A stretch of 64,000 nucleotides of DNA, from NCBI GenBank assembly GCA_947084965.1, contig CAMTUG010000002.1:15434-79433 (forward strand). The letters are read 5' to 3'. The notes beneath the pieces were generated by a model. It saw nothing but the letters and a program-made list of their open reading frames with translations. It searched no databases and was not told where the DNA came from. The first letter of the stretch is position 1, and every line of letters begins with the position of its first letter. The translations under genes were made by a program, and so were the position numbers. Of this stretch, positions 48,337 through 56,673 are shown one piece after another. Origin of the DNA: an uncultured Parcubacteria group bacterium (GTDB taxonomy: Bacteria > Patescibacteriota > Patescibacteriia > UBA9934 > CAMTUG01).

Positions 48337-49698
48337 ATGAAGCCGAAGCTCTACACCCACCGTCAGGATTCCGTCTCCCAGCTCATCGTCCGCCTGCTCG
48401 AGGGACGGACGCTCGACATCACCGTGGAGGGCAAGCAGGGGCCCTTGGAGCACATCGTGCTCGAAGGTGACGACCAGATCGCCGATCCCCGCGGGATCGC
48501 CCTCTTCTCCGTGTCGGGCACGCTCGACTGGCCCAACCGTCACCTGCGCATGCCGCCGTTCCAGATCAACGGCGGCCCGCCGGCCTGGTGCCGCGAGACC
48601 CCCTTCACCGTCGGGGTCCGTCTCGCCTCGGTCGAGAGCACCCTCGGCCACGCCGGTCACCGAGCCCACGACGGCACCCTTCCGCAGGCGATCCGCCACA
48701 TGCTCGTCGACTACGCCAAGTGGGTGCCGGGTGGTCTGAACCAGACCCCCTGGCACATCGGCGGCGGATCGGGACTCTCCGACGAGACCCGGGCCGGGTT
48801 GCACGACTGGCTGGGCTTCGTCCGGGATGTGTACGTCGCCGACTTCGCCGAGCGGGCGCTCGAGGGCGTGACCCCGATCTGGGGCGATGCGGAGTCCCTG
48901 CGTCGCGCCATCAAGGCCGGGAACGGCCGTACCCGCCTCTTCGTGATGGGGTGTGCGCCGTTCAACGACCCACACACCGACATCGCCACCAAGCTCCGTC
49001 CCGACAAGGCCACCGCGGCTCGCGAAGAGATCGAGCGGTTCCTGCGCGCCAGCGGTGCCTGGATCCAGGACACGACGTTCGTCGTGGTCAGCGGGGACTT
49101 CATGGGCCACCCGGCGCTCAAGGCTTCGCTCCACCCCTTCTTCTTCCGCGCGATCGCGGATCTCGAGGAGAAGCTCGGTCGGACCTTCGACCCGGACTGC
49201 CGTCTGGGCGGCCGCGTCGGTGTCCGGACCGACGAGGAGATCGCCGAGGTCCTCGAGTTCGGCTACCGCATGATCGACCGCGAGCTGGTCACCCCGATCC
49301 GCCAGGCCGTGAACCTGCCGATCGCGACCAAGGCCTGGACCGACGCCTTCCCCCGTCACTACTTCGACGAGGGGGCGGCGATGGCCTCGGAGAACCCGGC
49401 GGTCACCCGCATCATCGAGGAGATCTACGAGGAGCGGGTGCGGACCCGCGAGTGGTACAAGACGGTCGCCGATGCCCTCGGCAGCGACGCTGGGCTCGAG
49501 CGCACCCGGGCCAACGTGGCGATCTACCTCGCCATCGCGCTGTGGATGCGCGACAACCCGGACGCCGTGAACCTCGACACCGAGGTCGACGACCAGTTCT
49601 GGATCCGCCTCGGGCCCGTGCTCAAGGAGATCTGGGGCGACAACGTCCCCTTCATCGGCCACATCGCGCCCCGGGCCCGCCAGCCCTGGGCGTACTAG
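48337..49698 (+). CDS. Uncharacterised 453-aa protein, possible HUP-fold (CDPS/PvcA-like) enzyme
   Basis: Strong GC3 bias, GAGG SD; C-terminal half LFVMGCAPFND...RPDKA...FVVVSGD. CDS is confident, fold is inference. Confidence 0.6.
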   Translation: MKPKLYTHRQDSVSQLIVRLLEGRTLDITVEGKQGPLEHIVLEGDDQIADPRGIALFSVSGTLDWPNRHLRMPPFQINGGPPAWCRETPFTVGVRLASVESTLGHAGHRAHDGTLPQAIRHMLVDYAKWVPGGLNQTPWHIGGGSGLSDETRAGLHDWLGFVRDVYVADFAERALEGVTPIWGDAESLRRAIKAGNGRTRLFVMGCAPFNDPHTDIATKLRPDKATAAREEIERFLRASGAWIQDTTFVVVSGDFMGHPALKASLHPFFFRAIADLEEKLGRTFDPDCRLGGRVGVRTDEEIAEVLEFGYRMIDRELVTPIRQAVNLPIATKAWTDAFPRHYFDEGAAMASENPAVTRIIEEIYEERVRTREWYKTVADALGSDAGLERTRANVAIYLAIALWMRDNPDAVNLDTEVDDQFWIRLGPVLKEIWGDNVPFIGHIAPRARQPWAY

Positions 49699-49707
49699 GA
49701 GGGCCAC

Positions 49708-50445
49708 ATGGCCATCCGAACCCTGACCATCCACGACCGCGAGATCAAGATCGAGGAGAACCCCCGCGTCTGGATGCCTACCGTCTTCGGCGAGACCCTC
49801 GCGGGCCTCCTCGCCGAAGCGATCCAGCCGGGTGACCGCGTCCTCGACTTCGGCACCGGCTCCGGGATCCAGACGGTTTCTGCCCTCGCCTTCAATGCGG
49901 GGCACGTCACCGCTCTCGACTACAACTCCGCTGCGCTCGACGCGGTCAAGGCGAACGTCCTCCTGAACGGCTTCACCCCGAACGTCTGCGTCGAGACGAT
50001 GCGGTCCAATCTCTTCGGAACGCTCAACTTGCGTCGCGGCTTCGAAGGGGCCTTCGATCTTCTCGTCTGCAATCCCCCGACCTTCCCGGTCGAGCCCCCG
50101 CAGACGGGCGATCGGATGATGGTCGAGTGGGAGCACGCCGGCCGCGACGGGCGACTGCTCCTCGACGCCTGCCTCGACCAGGGCCCTCGGTTCCTCAAGG
50201 TGGGCGGTCGACTCCTCGTGATCTCCACTTCGACCCAGCGGTGGAGTGTGACGCGAGAGAAGCTCCAACGTCAGTGGGGCAGCTACCGGGTCCTTCGCGA
50301 GATCGACATCCCGCTCGCCGACCACTACCGCGTGTTCTTCAGCCGCTGGCGCGAACTGGCGCGTCGCACCGGCGAACCGATCGTCTTCGACGTCGACGGC
50401 GTCCTCCACCAGAAGCTGACCTTCATCGAGGCCACGCGCAGCTAG
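49708..50445 (+). CDS. Class I SAM-dependent methyltransferase (HemK/MTS-like)
   Basis: VLDFGTGSG, FDLLVCNPP, G.DGR, LKVGGRL; AGGAGG SD. Confidence 0.9.
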   Translation: MAIRTLTIHDREIKIEENPRVWMPTVFGETLAGLLAEAIQPGDRVLDFGTGSGIQTVSALAFNAGHVTALDYNSAALDAVKANVLLNGFTPNVCVETMRSNLFGTLNLRRGFEGAFDLLVCNPPTFPVEPPQTGDRMMVEWEHAGRDGRLLLDACLDQGPRFLKVGGRLLVISTSTQRWSVTREKLQRQWGSYRVLREIDIPLADHYRVFFSRWRELARRTGEPIVFDVDGVLHQKLTFIEATRS

Positions 50446-50472
50446 TAGGGGCCTGACCGCCGACCGACTCAC

Positions 50473-50499
50473 GGGGGTGTCCAGCACTTGGACACCCCC
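50473..50499 (+). terminator. GC-rich hairpin after methyltransferase
   Basis: GGGGGTGTCCA-GCACT-TGGACACCCCC. Confidence 0.6.
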
Positions 50500-50525
50500 A
50501 TCGTCTTTCTTTATACTTACACCGT

Positions 50526-51515
50526 ATGTACATCTTTGATCTGCATCAGGACATCAGTGACTCCATGCTTTACACCGCGCACGGCGATTTTTGGAAGAAA
50601 AACGATCTGCGCGACGGATGGAACGATTTTAGTTTGCCGGTAAACAATCAGAGCGACTTTGTGCGTTTGGGCGAGTCGGGCTTTAAAGCGATTTTCGGGG
50701 CCTGTTGCGCGATCGAAATTACAAAAGAAGGGAAGGTTGCCCCGTGCAAAGATCACCGTGCTGAAGTAGAAAGACACTTCGCGCTGTACCATCAGCTGGT
50801 GGAAGAGGGGCAGGGGAAGGTTCAGTTTATTTTGCGCCGTGATGATCTCGCGAAGATCAAGGATCATGCTTTGAGTTTTCTCCTTGCGGTTGAAGGGGCA
50901 GATTCGATCGACGATGAATTAGCGGTTGTCGATTGGTATGCCGCGCGTGGTGTGCGTTCCGTTGGTTTCACTTGGAACTATAATAATCGCCTCGCGGGTG
51001 GTTGCATGGAGGATGGCCGATTGAGTGACACCGGTCGTCGAGCGATCACGCGGATGGAAGAGCACGGGATCGTCCTTGATCTTGCTCACATCAACGAAGC
51101 GAGTTTTTGGGACTGCATGGAAGTTGCGAAGAAGCCAGTGATTATTTCGCACACCGCCTGCCGCGTCTGCTTTGACTCACCACGCAACGTTTCTGATGAG
51201 CAGATGCTGGCGGTGAAAAAGACTGGTGGAACGATCGGGATTTTTGGTGTACCGAAATATCTCGGAGCGCCAACCGTCGAAAAAATCATCGAACACATTC
51301 GGCACTGCGTCGGTGTCGTTGGAATCGACCATGTGTCTTTTGGAACGGATTTTGGATCGATGACCGCTCCGCAGCTGATCCCTGGGTTCGAGCATGTTTC
51401 CGATATGCCGAGCTTTATTGATCGGATGCGAGAATCTGGCTTTTCTGAAGAGGACCTGGAAAAGATCGGACACAAAAATATCGAACGCGTCCTCTGGCAG
51501 ACGCTGCCGACCTAA
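50526..51515 (+). CDS. Membrane/renal dipeptidase family (peptidase M19)
   Basis: DLHQD, AVEGA, GVRS..FTWN, DLAH, SHT, RNVSD, DHVSFGTDF. Confidence 0.9.
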   Translation: MYIFDLHQDISDSMLYTAHGDFWKKNDLRDGWNDFSLPVNNQSDFVRLGESGFKAIFGACCAIEITKEGKVAPCKDHRAEVERHFALYHQLVEEGQGKVQFILRRDDLAKIKDHALSFLLAVEGADSIDDELAVVDWYAARGVRSVGFTWNYNNRLAGGCMEDGRLSDTGRRAITRMEEHGIVLDLAHINEASFWDCMEVAKKPVIISHTACRVCFDSPRNVSDEQMLAVKKTGGTIGIFGVPKYLGAPTVEKIIEHIRHCVGVVGIDHVSFGTDFGSMTAPQLIPGFEHVSDMPSFIDRMRESGFSEEDLEKIGHKNIERVLWQTLPT

Positions 51516-51517
51516 CG

Positions 51518-51549
51518 CAAAAATCGAGCTCCAGGGAGCTCGATTTTTG
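51518..51549. terminator. Bidirectional intrinsic terminator
   Basis: CAAAAATCGAGCTCC/GGAGCTCGATTTTTG. Confidence 0.8.
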
Positions 51550-51550
51550 G

Positions 51551-51754
51551 TGTCTCAGAAATCAATCGGGTGGTCCGGCGAACCGTTTATACTTCTGGAT
51601 GCTGTGCCTTGCGGGGATCGAGTGCGGACAGACGTCTGTGCTACGACATCTCGTGGAGCTTCCTCCGAGACGTCCGTGTGCATCGTTCCGCAAGGCCTAG
51701 GCACGCTTCGTGAGTGATCTTGGTCCAAGACCAAACACGATTGCTTCTGAGACA
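51551..51754 (-). ncRNA. 204-nt long-hairpin ncRNA, best 6S RNA candidate
   Basis: Ends pair (TGTCTCAGAA..CAATCG/CGATTG.TTCTGAGACA), inner GCCTTGCGG/CCGCAAGGC, GACGTCT/AGACGTC, central bubble; promoter directly upstream and terminator directly downstream on minus strand. Confidence 0.6.
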
Positions 51755-51759
51755 TAGGT

Positions 51760-51787
51760 ATCATAACAATCAGGAGAGGTAGGTCAA
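51760..51787 (-). promoter_or_regulatory. sigma70-type promoter
   Basis: TTGACC-16 bp-(TGn)TATGAT on minus strand. Confidence 0.6.
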
Positions 51788-52071
51788 AAAAGTTGCGCGC
51801 AGATTGTGCACGCGTTTATCCCCAAAATGGGGATAAACACAAAAAACCCGGGAACGGGCCTTTTGTTGGCGCTTCAGCACGATCGAATTCTGAACAGGCT
51901 CATGACCACAATAAGTGAGCATCTCCTGACTCTCGTCGACGGATTCAGCCGAAGCCGAATCGATCGATCTGGTTCAGGCGCGAGCCGCATCAGCTCTCAA
52001 GGTCCTCGCTTTCCGCTAAGACCATATCGGAGCTTTCGTTCAGAGTTGACCCTTTCAGAATACGACCGTAC

Positions 52072-52704
52072 ATGAAGCAAATCTATGATAGCATGAGGGG
52101 CATGGACCTCCAGAAAGAATTGCACAGGTTACGCACACCAAAGGCGGTGCAGGATTTCGTGAATGCCCTGGCTTTTAACTTTGAGGAAGATGGTGACACC
52201 TGCCACTCGCCGCGTCAGGTGCTTGAAGTCGGAAAGGCCCAATGTATGGAAGGGGCGATGCTCGCGGCGAGTGCTTTGCGGTTGCAAGGACAGCGTCCGA
52301 TTGTGCTGGATCTTGTCAGTACGGATGACGACTTCGATCATGTCGTCGCGTTATTTAAACAGCATGGATGCTGGGGGGCGATCTCCAAAACAAATCACGC
52401 GGTGTTGCGGTATCGCGAACCGGTGTATCGCACTGTGCGCGAACTCACGATGAGTTACTTTCACGAATATTTTTTGCAATCAAATGGAAAGAAGACGTTG
52501 CGCGCCTGGGCGACGGTGGATCTGACAAAGTTCGATCGGCGCGGATGGATGATCGCCGAGGAAGACGTTTGGTACATCCCTGAGTATCTGTGCGTGATCC
52601 CGCACCAGTCCATTTTGACGCCGGCGCAGGTCAGGGGGCTTCGCAAGGCCGAGCAGATCGAGCGTAAAGCCGGGGAGCACGTTGAGTGGAAAGAGCAAAA
52701 GTAA
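52072..52704 (+). CDS. Transglutaminase-like (vasohibin-like) cysteine protease; start may be a downstream Met
   Basis: QCMEGA, DHVVAL, WGAISK, LRYREPVYRTVREL. Confidence 0.7.
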   Translation: MKQIYDSMRGMDLQKELHRLRTPKAVQDFVNALAFNFEEDGDTCHSPRQVLEVGKAQCMEGAMLAASALRLQGQRPIVLDLVSTDDDFDHVVALFKQHGCWGAISKTNHAVLRYREPVYRTVRELTMSYFHEYFLQSNGKKTLRAWATVDLTKFDRRGWMIAEEDVWYIPEYLCVIPHQSILTPAQVRGLRKAEQIERKAGEHVEWKEQK

Positions 52705-52771
52705 CAAGTTGCTATTTTCCCGCTTTCCCATTACGATTTATTTCGAAATTCGTATTTCGGATTTCGTATTT

Positions 52772-54076
52772 ATGAAGAAGTTATTGATTACCGGCGGAAC
52801 GCCTTGTAAAGGCGAAGTTCGGGTGAGCGGGGCCAAGAACGCAGCGTCGAAAATGATGATCGCCAGTTTGCTGACGGACGAGCCGGTAACCCTTTTAAAC
52901 ATCCCGCGGCAGCAGGAAACGGATATCACCAAAGAGATCTGTGGGATCATCGGGGCAGAAGCAAGTTTCCCCGAAGAACACACACTGACGTTACACACCA
53001 AAGAGATCAAGTCACGCTCGGTCGTTGCCTTGTCGCGCAAGAATCGCATCTCGATTTTGGCCACGGCACCGTTGTTGCATCGCGTGGGCGAAGCGATCGT
53101 TCCGATGCCAGCAGGGGACGCGATCGGTCCGCGACCGGTCAATTTTCATATTGATGCCCTTGAAAAGATGGGCGCCAAAATCGAGAACACATCTGAAGGA
53201 TTGCGTGCGACCGTTAACGGACGATTGAAAGGGGCGTTGATCGAATTGCCATATCCGTCCGTTGGGGCGACCGAGTCATCGATCCTGGCTGGTGTACTCG
53301 CCGAAGGGCGCACCGTGATTGTGAATGCCGCGATTGAACCAGAGATCATGGCCTTGATTAAGATGTTGCAGACGATGGGTGCAGTTATCGGCGTCGGAGC
53401 TGGGCGCGTGATCGAGATTTATGGCGTTGAAACGTTGCATGGCACGACGGTTCGGGTAATGCCGGATCCACTCGAAGTTGTTTCGTTTGCCTGTGTGGCG
53501 CTCGGCACGGGCGGGGAGATTTTGGTGAAAGATGCGGTGCACGATCACCTGGTTACCTTCTTGAACACCGTCCGTCGCATCGGCGGCGATTACGAAGTGC
53601 GCGACGATGGCATCGTGTTCCGCGGTTCGAAGTCCTACAAAGGGATTGAACTTGAGACGGATACCTATCCGGGGTTCCGCACGGACTGGCAGCAGCCGTT
53701 TGTCGCCGTACTCACTCAGGCCGAAGGGACGAGTGTGGTGCACGAAACGGTGTACGAAGATCGCTTTGCTTACACCAAGTCACTAAACGAAATGGGGGCA
53801 GAGATCGCCGTGTTCTCTAATTGTTTGGGAGAAATTCCGTGCCGGTTTAAAGGGAAGAATCATCGCCACAGTGCTGTCATTAATGGTCCGCGCAAATTGC
53901 ACGCCGCTAACCTTGAGTTGCTCGACATCCGCGCCGGTCTCGCTCTGGTCGTCGCAGCACTCATCGCCGAAGGCACTTCAGAATTGATCGTCGGCGAGCA
54001 CCTGGATCGCGGTTACGAAAAGCTCGATGAAAAGCTGATCTCGCTAGGCGCGAATATCAAGGTCGTTAATGAGTAG
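52772..54076 (+). CDS. murA: UDP-N-acetylglucosamine 1-carboxyvinyltransferase (Asp-type)
   Basis: SGAKNA, AGDAIGPRP, SVGATE, EPEI, YPGFRTD, DIRAG, DRGYE. Confidence 0.95.
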   Translation: MKKLLITGGTPCKGEVRVSGAKNAASKMMIASLLTDEPVTLLNIPRQQETDITKEICGIIGAEASFPEEHTLTLHTKEIKSRSVVALSRKNRISILATAPLLHRVGEAIVPMPAGDAIGPRPVNFHIDALEKMGAKIENTSEGLRATVNGRLKGALIELPYPSVGATESSILAGVLAEGRTVIVNAAIEPEIMALIKMLQTMGAVIGVGAGRVIEIYGVETLHGTTVRVMPDPLEVVSFACVALGTGGEILVKDAVHDHLVTFLNTVRRIGGDYEVRDDGIVFRGSKSYKGIELETDTYPGFRTDWQQPFVAVLTQAEGTSVVHETVYEDRFAYTKSLNEMGAEIAVFSNCLGEIPCRFKGKNHRHSAVINGPRKLHAANLELLDIRAGLALVVAALIAEGTSELIVGEHLDRGYEKLDEKLISLGANIKVVNE

Positions 54077-54287
54077 TTTTCATGAAAGGGGATTGACAGA
54101 ACGGGATTTTTCTGGTAGAAAGGGAGTATTACATTCCGGCAGTGATGCCGCTCGCACATACAGCTGTGCCGGCGGCGTTATTGTTTCACGCAGAGTTGGT
54201 GTTTCTCGAAAAGTCATTTTTTCAACCATAACCTATTCATTACCTAATCGCTACCTACGATTAACCTATTAATAACCTGATCGCTAT

Positions 54288-54476
54288 ATGTCTAAAAAAG
54301 TGATATTTTCGGTACCAGCACAGCTTGATGAACGGATTATGAAGTATCTCGAGACTTGGGGCTTCATGACCAAAGCGGAGTTTTTCCGTCACGCCGCCAT
54401 TACCTACCTGGACCGAAATGAAAAACAGACAGAGGCTCGAAAGATGGGTGTTCGATTACCACTGACTGCTTTCTGA
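54288..54476 (+). CDS. Small ribbon-helix-helix (CopG-like) protein
   Basis: VIFSVP..LDERI....GF.TKAEFFRHAA; own TTGACA promoter and terminator. Confidence 0.65.
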   Translation: MSKKVIFSVPAQLDERIMKYLETWGFMTKAEFFRHAAITYLDRNEKQTEARKMGVRLPLTAF

Positions 54477-54526
54477 CATTTCAGAGAAAACCAAAAACAC
54501 CCCGGAAGGGGTGCTCTCGTTCCAGA

Positions 54527-54808
54527 TTATTTTTCTGGATGCGTTTTTTGTTTGGTCTTGGCGCGGTTGGTCGTAGCTTTGCGCTTGTGGCGGTTCACTA
54601 AGCGACGTTCGACGACCCCGAGCGTTTCGATAAAGGTCGGCTTTTTGGTGAGGGTGCGCAGGCAGCGGGTGCACATGCGGTAGGCCTTGCCGGCGATACG
54701 CTTGACCTGGATGTTCACCAGTTTACGCGTCTTCGTTTTGTTGTTGGCATGGCTGACGGTCTGGGCGCTTTGCGCTCCGCGGCCGCAGGTTTCACAAAAT
54801 CGGGACAT
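54527..54808 (-). CDS. rpmB: 50S ribosomal protein L28 with basic C-terminal extension
   Basis: MSRFCETCG, VSHANNKTK, CTRCLRT. Confidence 0.92.
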   Translation of the reverse strand: MSRFCETCGRGAQSAQTVSHANNKTKTRKLVNIQVKRIAGKAYRMCTRCLRTLTKKPTFIETLGVVERRLVNRHKRKATTNRAKTKQKTHPEK

Positions 54809-54884
54809 AGGATGTATTTAATCGTGGCCGGAGTGTAGCAATATCGACTCTTTTTGGCAAGAGGAGTAGGATTGGGGAGCAATT

Positions 54885-55565
54885 ATGTTCTTCTCTCTCT
54901 TAGCCCAGAACCCACTCGTAGCCGTTGCCTGGATCTTAGCGATCCTTATTTCTTTGACGATTCATGAATTCTCCCATGCCCTCATCGGGAAGCTGCGCGG
55001 GGACAGAACGGCCGAACGCGACGGCCGGTTAACCTTGAATCCATTGGCCCATATCGATTGGATGGGATTCATGGCGATGTTGTTTCTGGGGTTCGGTTGG
55101 GCTAAACCCGTGCCGTTCAATCCGTACAATTTACGCGACCCAAAGTGGGATTCTGTGAAGATCGCCCTTGCCGGCCCATTGTCGAACCTAGCGATCGCCT
55201 GTGTCTGTGCGATTATTCTTCGATCTTTAATCGCCTTTGGAGGGATTGTCGAGCTGAATCTGCTCGTTGTTTTTCTCGTTCTTCTCACGCTTCTCAACCT
55301 GTTCCTGATGTTTTTCAACATCATCCCGATTCATCCGCTTGACGGCTCCAAACTCTTTTTTGCCTTATTTGACGCTCCAAAGTACACGCAACTACGCCAA
55401 TTTGTGGCTGTACGGGGTCCGCAGATCCTCTTTTTCCTCGTCATCGCTTCACTCCTTACCAACCTCGATATCTTTTTCTTCGTTAGTGCTCCGGCTTACG
55501 CCGTCTGTGATTCATTGATTGGCGGGTCCTGTGTGAGCGTCCTGTATTCCGCTTTTGGAGTGTAG
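54885..55565 (+). CDS. Site-2 protease family (M50)
   Basis: HEFSH, GRLTLNPLAHID, GWAKPVP, AGPLSN, NIIPIHPLDG. Confidence 0.93.
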   Translation: MFFSLLAQNPLVAVAWILAILISLTIHEFSHALIGKLRGDRTAERDGRLTLNPLAHIDWMGFMAMLFLGFGWAKPVPFNPYNLRDPKWDSVKIALAGPLSNLAIACVCAIILRSLIAFGGIVELNLLVVFLVLLTLLNLFLMFFNIIPIHPLDGSKLFFALFDAPKYTQLRQFVAVRGPQILFFLVIASLLTNLDIFFFVSAPAYAVCDSLIGGSCVSVLYSAFGV

Positions 55566-55634
55566 TTCTTGACGTTTTTTGAGGTCAATGGTACCTTTTT
55601 GCCACTTGAAAACCTGTCATCTTGTTCGCGAATT

Positions 55635-56060
55635 ATGCCAACGATCAATCAACTCGTCCGTAAAGGCCGCAAGAAACCGACGACCAAATCGAAGTCGCCG
55701 GCGATGATGTTTAAATACGACTCGTTGCATCGCAAGCGTACCGAATACCGCATCGGTTCCCCGTTCAAGCGCGGCGTTTGCGTTAAAGTGACGACCATGA
55801 CCCCGAAAAAGCCGAACTCGGCTTTGCGTAAAATCGCCCGTGTGCGTCTTTCAAACGGGATGGAAGTCACCGCCTACATCCCAGGGGAAGGGCATAACTT
55901 GCAGGAACACTCGATCGTCATGTTGCGCGGCGGACGCGTGAAGGACTTGCCAGGTGTCCGTTATCACATCGTCCGTGGTCGCTACGACGCGGCGGGGGTT
56001 GAAGGGCGCGGTCGCAGCCGATCGATTTACGGGACCAAGAAGCCGAAAGCAAAGAAATAA
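55635..56060 (+). CDS. rpsL: 30S ribosomal protein S12
   Basis: [29 protein letters not shown]. Confidence 0.98.
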   Translation: MPTINQLVRKGRKKPTTKSKSPAMMFKYDSLHRKRTEYRIGSPFKRGVCVKVTTMTPKKPNSALRKIARVRLSNGMEVTAYIPGEGHNLQEHSIVMLRGGRVKDLPGVRYHIVRGRYDAAGVEGRGRSRSIYGTKKPKAKK

Positions 56061-56135
56061 GGAAAGCAGAAAGTGGTAAGTAGTAAGTTGAGACGCGAGT
56101 GTCTCTACGTTCCACTTACTGCTTACCAGTTACCA
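56061..56135. repeat. Heptamer-arm inverted-repeat element with REP-like core
   Basis: GGAAAGC AGAAAGT GGTAAGT AGTAAGT-GAGACGCGAGTGTCTC-ACTTACT GCTTACC AGTTACC. Confidence 0.75.
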
Positions 56136-56205
56136 AAAAATTACTCTCCGTCCCCTCGAAGTACCACGCACGCTGGGAAGAAACGAGGAGACGTAACATA
56201 CACCT

Positions 56206-56670
56206 ATGCGTGGCAAAGCAGCCCCAAAACGCTCGATTTTACCGGACGGCAAGTATTCGAATCTCGAAGTTGCCAAGTTCATTAACTACCTCATGTCTGA
56301 CGGAAAAAAGGCGACCTCTGAAAAGATCGTCTATTCTGCGTTTGACTTGATCACTGCCAAAAAACTCGATGCGCTTGAAGTGTTCGACAACGCCCTGAAG
56401 AAAGTGTCGCCAACGCTTGAGGTGAAGTCCCGCCGCGTCGGTGGAGCGAACTACCAGATTCCGATCCCAGTGCGTAACGAACGACGCATGTATCTTGCCT
56501 GTAAGTGGATTATTGATTCTGCGCGTGCCAAGAAGGGCCGTCCGATGCATGAAAAACTCGCAGAAGAATTGATGGCCGCCGCCGAAGGTACGGGCGATGC
56601 CTTCAAGAAGAAATCAGAAGTCCAGCGCATGGCCGATGCGAACAAAGCCTTTGCTCACTTTGCACGTTAA
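56206..56670 (+). CDS. rpsG: 30S ribosomal protein S7
   Basis: EVKSRRVGGANYQIP, MADANKAFAHF. Confidence 0.98.
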   Translation: MRGKAAPKRSILPDGKYSNLEVAKFINYLMSDGKKATSEKIVYSAFDLITAKKLDALEVFDNALKKVSPTLEVKSRRVGGANYQIPIPVRNERRMYLACKWIIDSARAKKGRPMHEKLAEELMAAAEGTGDAFKKKSEVQRMADANKAFAHFAR

Positions 56671-56673
56671 TCT

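Noticed and set aside
48292-50487. 731-aa ORF on the minus strand
   Set aside because: Antisense shadow of two GC3-rich plus-strand genes that have SD sites and a clear methyltransferase motif
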